Positions 61,171 through 64,000 of a DNA stretch of 64,000 nt are shown here, piece by piece (positions within the stretch are counted from its first letter, which is position 1; every line of letters begins with the position of its first letter). Made by a program: the position numbers and the translations under genes. The notes under the pieces were generated by a model that searched no databases, was not told the DNA's origin, and saw only the letters and a program-made list of their open reading frames with translations. Origin of the DNA: Cyanophora paradoxa CCMP329 (lineage: Eukaryota > Plantae > Glaucophyta). The stretch spans positions 82,064 through 146,063 of the forward strand of contig QPMI01000026.1 in NCBI GenBank assembly GCA_004431415.1, given 5' to 3'.

Positions 61171-61650
61171 ATGTCGAGCGCGGTAGAGAAGCTGCTGTGC
61201 ACCGTGTTCAAATCGGATTCGCGATGCAGCAAGATCGGCGAGGCGGCGAGGGCTAAGGGTGGGGCGGCGGCGGAGGGGCCCAGGGTGAGGGCGGCGGATC
61301 CCGCGCCGCCGTCGCTGAAAACGATCAAGGGGGCGGGCAAGGGCAGGAGCGTGGGGGCGCTGCCCCTCGTGGCGATCGCGCCGGGGCAGAGGGAGGCGGC
61401 GCACGCGGCGACGGCGGCGCTGGCCGCGCGGCGCCAGGCGGAGGCCTACCCGTGCCTGGGCCGGGGGCTGCACCCGCCGGCCGGCCGCCCCTACGCCGTG
61501 AGCGCCTACTTCGACGAGGCCAACCGGCTGAGCTGCCAGGAGCTGTGCGACAACCGCATGCGGCGCGCCGTGGACGGGCACCTGCCGCTGCTGGTGGCGC
61601 TGGGCGGCTCGCTCCTGATGGTCTGGTACCTGCGCGGCCTGGTCATTTAG
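61171..61650 (+). CDS. Small Cys-containing protein with C-terminal TM anchor
   Basis: Intronless 159-aa ORF ending LPLLVALGGSLLMVWYLRGLVI. Confidence 0.7.
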   Translation: MSSAVEKLLCTVFKSDSRCSKIGEAARAKGGAAAEGPRVRAADPAPPSLKTIKGAGKGRSVGALPLVAIAPGQREAAHAATAALAARRQAEAYPCLGRGLHPPAGRPYAVSAYFDEANRLSCQELCDNRMRRAVDGHLPLLVALGGSLLMVWYLRGLVI

Positions 61651-61687
61651 ATAGTTTTTCGAAACCCCGGTTGGAAGCTAGCCAAGG

Positions 61688-62012
61688 ATGAGCTGGCTCG
61701 ATGCGCTGCTCACGAAGACCTTCGGCCCCAAGGGCCAGCCGCGCCTGCAGTTCGGCGAGATCAACGCGGCGATTGGCGCCACGGTGGAGACGAAGACCGA
61801 GAGAACGTCCTGCGCGGCGACGGAGGCGCGTGGGCCGACATTGCGGCGGGCGCCCTGGGCTCCGCGCTCACCGCACCGGGCAAGGCGGGCCGCGCGCTGA
61901 CGGACGGGCCGAGCGCTTCTGGCACTGGCTCAAGGTGGCCGTTGTCATCGCCGCAGCGGTTGTGGCGGGTCTCCTGGTGCTCGAGGCTCGCGCGCTATTT
62001 TCTAAACGCTAG
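61688..62012 (+). CDS. Small protein with C-terminal TM anchor (frameshifted)
   Basis: MSWLDALLTKTFG... /FWHWLKVAVVIAAAVVAGLLVLEAR. Confidence 0.6.
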
Positions 62013-62028
62013 GTAAACCGAGCGAACC

Positions 62029-62402
62029 ATGCGCGGCGGCTCTTCCCCCCGTGTTTCCTTCGCTGAGAACCCGGTGGCGAACGCAGTCGCCCCTACCCCC
62101 TGGAGCCCGGAGTGAAGCTGGAGCGTGCGAACGCAGTCTCCGTCAAGAAGGCCAAGCGCACGCTGGCGCTGGAAGTCCCGGTCGCGGAGGATACGGAGAA
62201 GGTTGCATTCAACAAGCGCAAGACGTACAAGGCGATACGCGAGGGACAGCTGCTGCCCACGGACTCGGTTCCCGGGCTGCCGGGCACCACGGCCGGCGAG
62301 CTCCTAGTGCGCAACCTGCGCCTGCAGTACGTCTCCCGCCTCCGCCGCTCCAAGGCCAAGAAGGCGCGCCTGGACTCGGGCGATAGCAGCTCTAGCTCGT
62401 AG
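62029..62402 (+). CDS. Small basic ORFan (frameshifted 5' end)
   Basis: ATG at 62029; K/R-rich ..VKKAKRT..FNKRKTYK..RLRRSKAKKARL. Confidence 0.5.
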
Positions 62403-62429
62403 GGCTCTGTACTGTTGTATTCAATGCCT

Positions 62430-62714
62430 TTACCAGTTCCTGTTCCTATCCCAGAGCACGACTCGGGTGAAGGGCACGGTCATAGCGAACATGAACTCGG
62501 CGAACTTGGCAAAGTTCATCAGGGTTCCCAGGCGGGGATCCTCCCAGTAGATCGCCTCGCGCAGCGCCTCGTAGACGCGCATGAGGGAGCGCTCGTTCTC
62601 CGTCGCGAAGGCGTCGCCGGGCTCGTCGGGGTCGGGATCCGTGAGCTCGGAGTACTCGTCCGAGCTGCCCGCGCTCTCGGCACCTGCGGCGGGGTCGGGC
62701 GAGGGGTCGGGCAT
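62430..62714 (-). CDS. Small acidic ORFan
   Basis: 94-aa intronless ORF with ATG and coding-like composition. Confidence 0.6.
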   Translation of the reverse strand: MPDPSPDPAAGAESAGSSDEYSELTDPDPDEPGDAFATENERSLMRVYEALREAIYWEDPRLGTLMNFAKFAEFMFAMTVPFTRVVLWDRNRNW

Positions 62715-62755
62715 TCTTTGCTGGTAGAAGGGCTAGAAGAGGGACCAGAAAATCA

Positions 62756-63103
62756 CTAGCAACACGGGCGCCGGAACTCCATCGAGTCGCCGCGCCAGTA
62801 CTTGTTGCCGGAGGCGAGCAGCTTCATCGGCTCGCCCGTCGAATCGTGCTTCCAGGCCTCGCCGTCCCAGAGGGCCGTGCCGCCGTCCTCTAGCTTGAGG
62901 CGGTGGCCCGGCTCGAGACGGTTGCCGTCGAGCATGCGGCCGGCCATGAGCGCCAGGTCCCACTCGGTGAGGTTGCGCTGCTCTGCGGGGGTGAGGCCGC
63001 GCTCGACGCGCTCGGGCTGGCGCGCCTCGCGCTCCATGCGGCTGAGGCCCACCAGGAAGAAGATGGGCAGGGCAAAGGCCATGAGATCTAGCAGGGCCTC
63101 CAT
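62756..63103 (-). CDS. Small ORFan with N-terminal hydrophobic anchor
   Basis: MEALLDLMAFALPIFFLVGL...; 115 aa. Confidence 0.6.
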   Translation of the reverse strand: MEALLDLMAFALPIFFLVGLSRMEREARQPERVERGLTPAEQRNLTEWDLALMAGRMLDGNRLEPGHRLKLEDGGTALWDGEAWKHDSTGEPMKLLASGNKYWRGDSMEFRRPCC

Positions 63104-63399
63104 TGGGCAAGACTTAGAAAAGGTTCCGGACCAGGCCCGAGAGCTGCGGGCCCAGGCGCCGGCGGCGTAGTAGAGCGCGGCCGCCGCGCCGCAAGGATCA
63201 GCAGGCGCGGCGGGCCGCGCGCCGGCTCCTCCAGCGTCAGGTCCACGGTCTCCGGCCCGCGCGCCGGAGCCGCCAGGATCTCGGGCTCGGAGCAGAGGGA
63301 CTTGGGCCCACGGCGGCGGCGCTGCTTGGGCGCCGAGGCGGCGGCGGTGAGAAGGTCCTCAGGCTCCTGCTTGATACCTGCGCAGTCAGTAAAGTCCAT
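63088..63399 (-). CDS. Small ORFan with NLS-like and SUMO/SIM-like motifs
   Basis: MDFTDCAGIKQEPE..PKQRRRR..ETVDLT. Confidence 0.4.
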   Translation of the reverse strand: MDFTDCAGIKQEPEDLLTAAASAPKQRRRRGPKSLCSEPEILAAPARGPETVDLTLEEPARGPPRLLILAARRPRSTTPPAPGPAALGPGPEPFLSLAQWRPC

Positions 63400-63484
63400 G
63401 CTTGCTGGGTACCTTGGAAAATTGTGGGAGGCGTCCGGAGATTGCGAACGTAGGAGGGGGGAGAAATGACGCGGACGCAAAAGA

Positions 63485-63825
63485 TTCCGTCATGGGTTTT
63501 CCGTCATGGGCTGGAACTTGGACTCGGGACTCGGCCGGGAATTCTCCTGGTAAGTTCGAGACTTGAACTCGGCGGGGTACCCCCTATGTCCAAATGCCCT
63601 AGTGTCCCAGAGTCCTAGTGTCCTAGTGTCCTAGTAGTACTAAGTAGTACTAAGTAGGTGGTATCGATATCTAGCTAGCTAGCGCTAGCGCTTGCTTAAT
63701 TAATTACCTGAAAGGTTGCGGAGGTTGCGGACGCGTCACAATTCCCGTCATGGGTTTTCCGTCATGGGCTGGAACTTGGACTCGGGACTCGGCCGGAATT
63801 CTCCTGGTAAGTTCGAGACTTGAAC
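63485..63825. repeat. Two about 83-bp direct repeats (63485-63568 and 63741-63825) with short tandem repeats between them
   Basis: TTCCGTCATGGGTTTTCCGTCATGGGCTGGAACTTGGACTCGGGACTCGGCCGG..GAGACTTGAAC occurs twice; (AGTGTCCT)n and (AGTAGTACTA)2 lie between the copies. Confidence 0.92.
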
Positions 63826-64000
63826 AAGAACGACGTACCCTCCTATGACCGTTCTATACTACATTAAAGTATTCATTGATTGTGAATAACGATAATGTCA
63901 TAGCAACTTCAGTATGATGTCATAGCAACTTGAAATTACCTTCAAGTCGAATAGAGGGGTACAGAGTCGGTACGTTAGACTTGACAAAAACACGTGTATT

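Larger units (their letters stand above)
50095..64000. mobile_element. Endogenous DNA-virus-like element (boundaries uncertain; left edge may extend to about 47621)
   Basis: YqaJ nuclease, SF3/D5-like helicase, tightly packed small intronless ORFans with TM segments, a shared upstream motif and non-coding repeats. No cellular housekeeping gene recognised. Confidence 0.7.

Overview
High-GC, very intron-dense eukaryotic nuclear DNA (introns mostly 50-100 nt, 12-nt micro-exons, some GC-AG introns). A plastid transit peptide starting MSAF suggests a glaucophyte-type alga such as Cyanophora (inference). The long Arg/Pro/Gly ORFs in the track are GC artefacts, so gene models here were spliced by eye and their boundaries are approximate. 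(1) 0-6.3 kb housekeeping: CENH3, plastid parvulin-rhodanese, peroxisomal dienoyl-CoA isomerase, RPS16, and two identical H/ACA snoRNA copies. (2) 8.4-29.8 kb ubiquitin-system island: two CBM48-like plus herpes-tegument-like (VTD/C76) deubiquitinases in an inverted duplication, an apparently inactive paralog, a C2H2-UBL protein, two RBR E3 ligases and a RING-TRAF-beta-helix protein. (3) WDR43/UTP5 and a SPATA7-like gene. (4) A myristoylated DUF4062-NACHT-TPR NLR-like gene with one TPR repeat per phase-0 exon, flanked by 1.8-kb direct duplications. (5) About 50-64 kb, a gene-dense endogenous DNA-virus-like element: YqaJ nuclease, intron-containing SF3/D5-like helicase, small membrane proteins, a shared upstream TTTTC motif and clustered non-coding repeats. 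No capsid gene was recognised, and the element may continue beyond the window.
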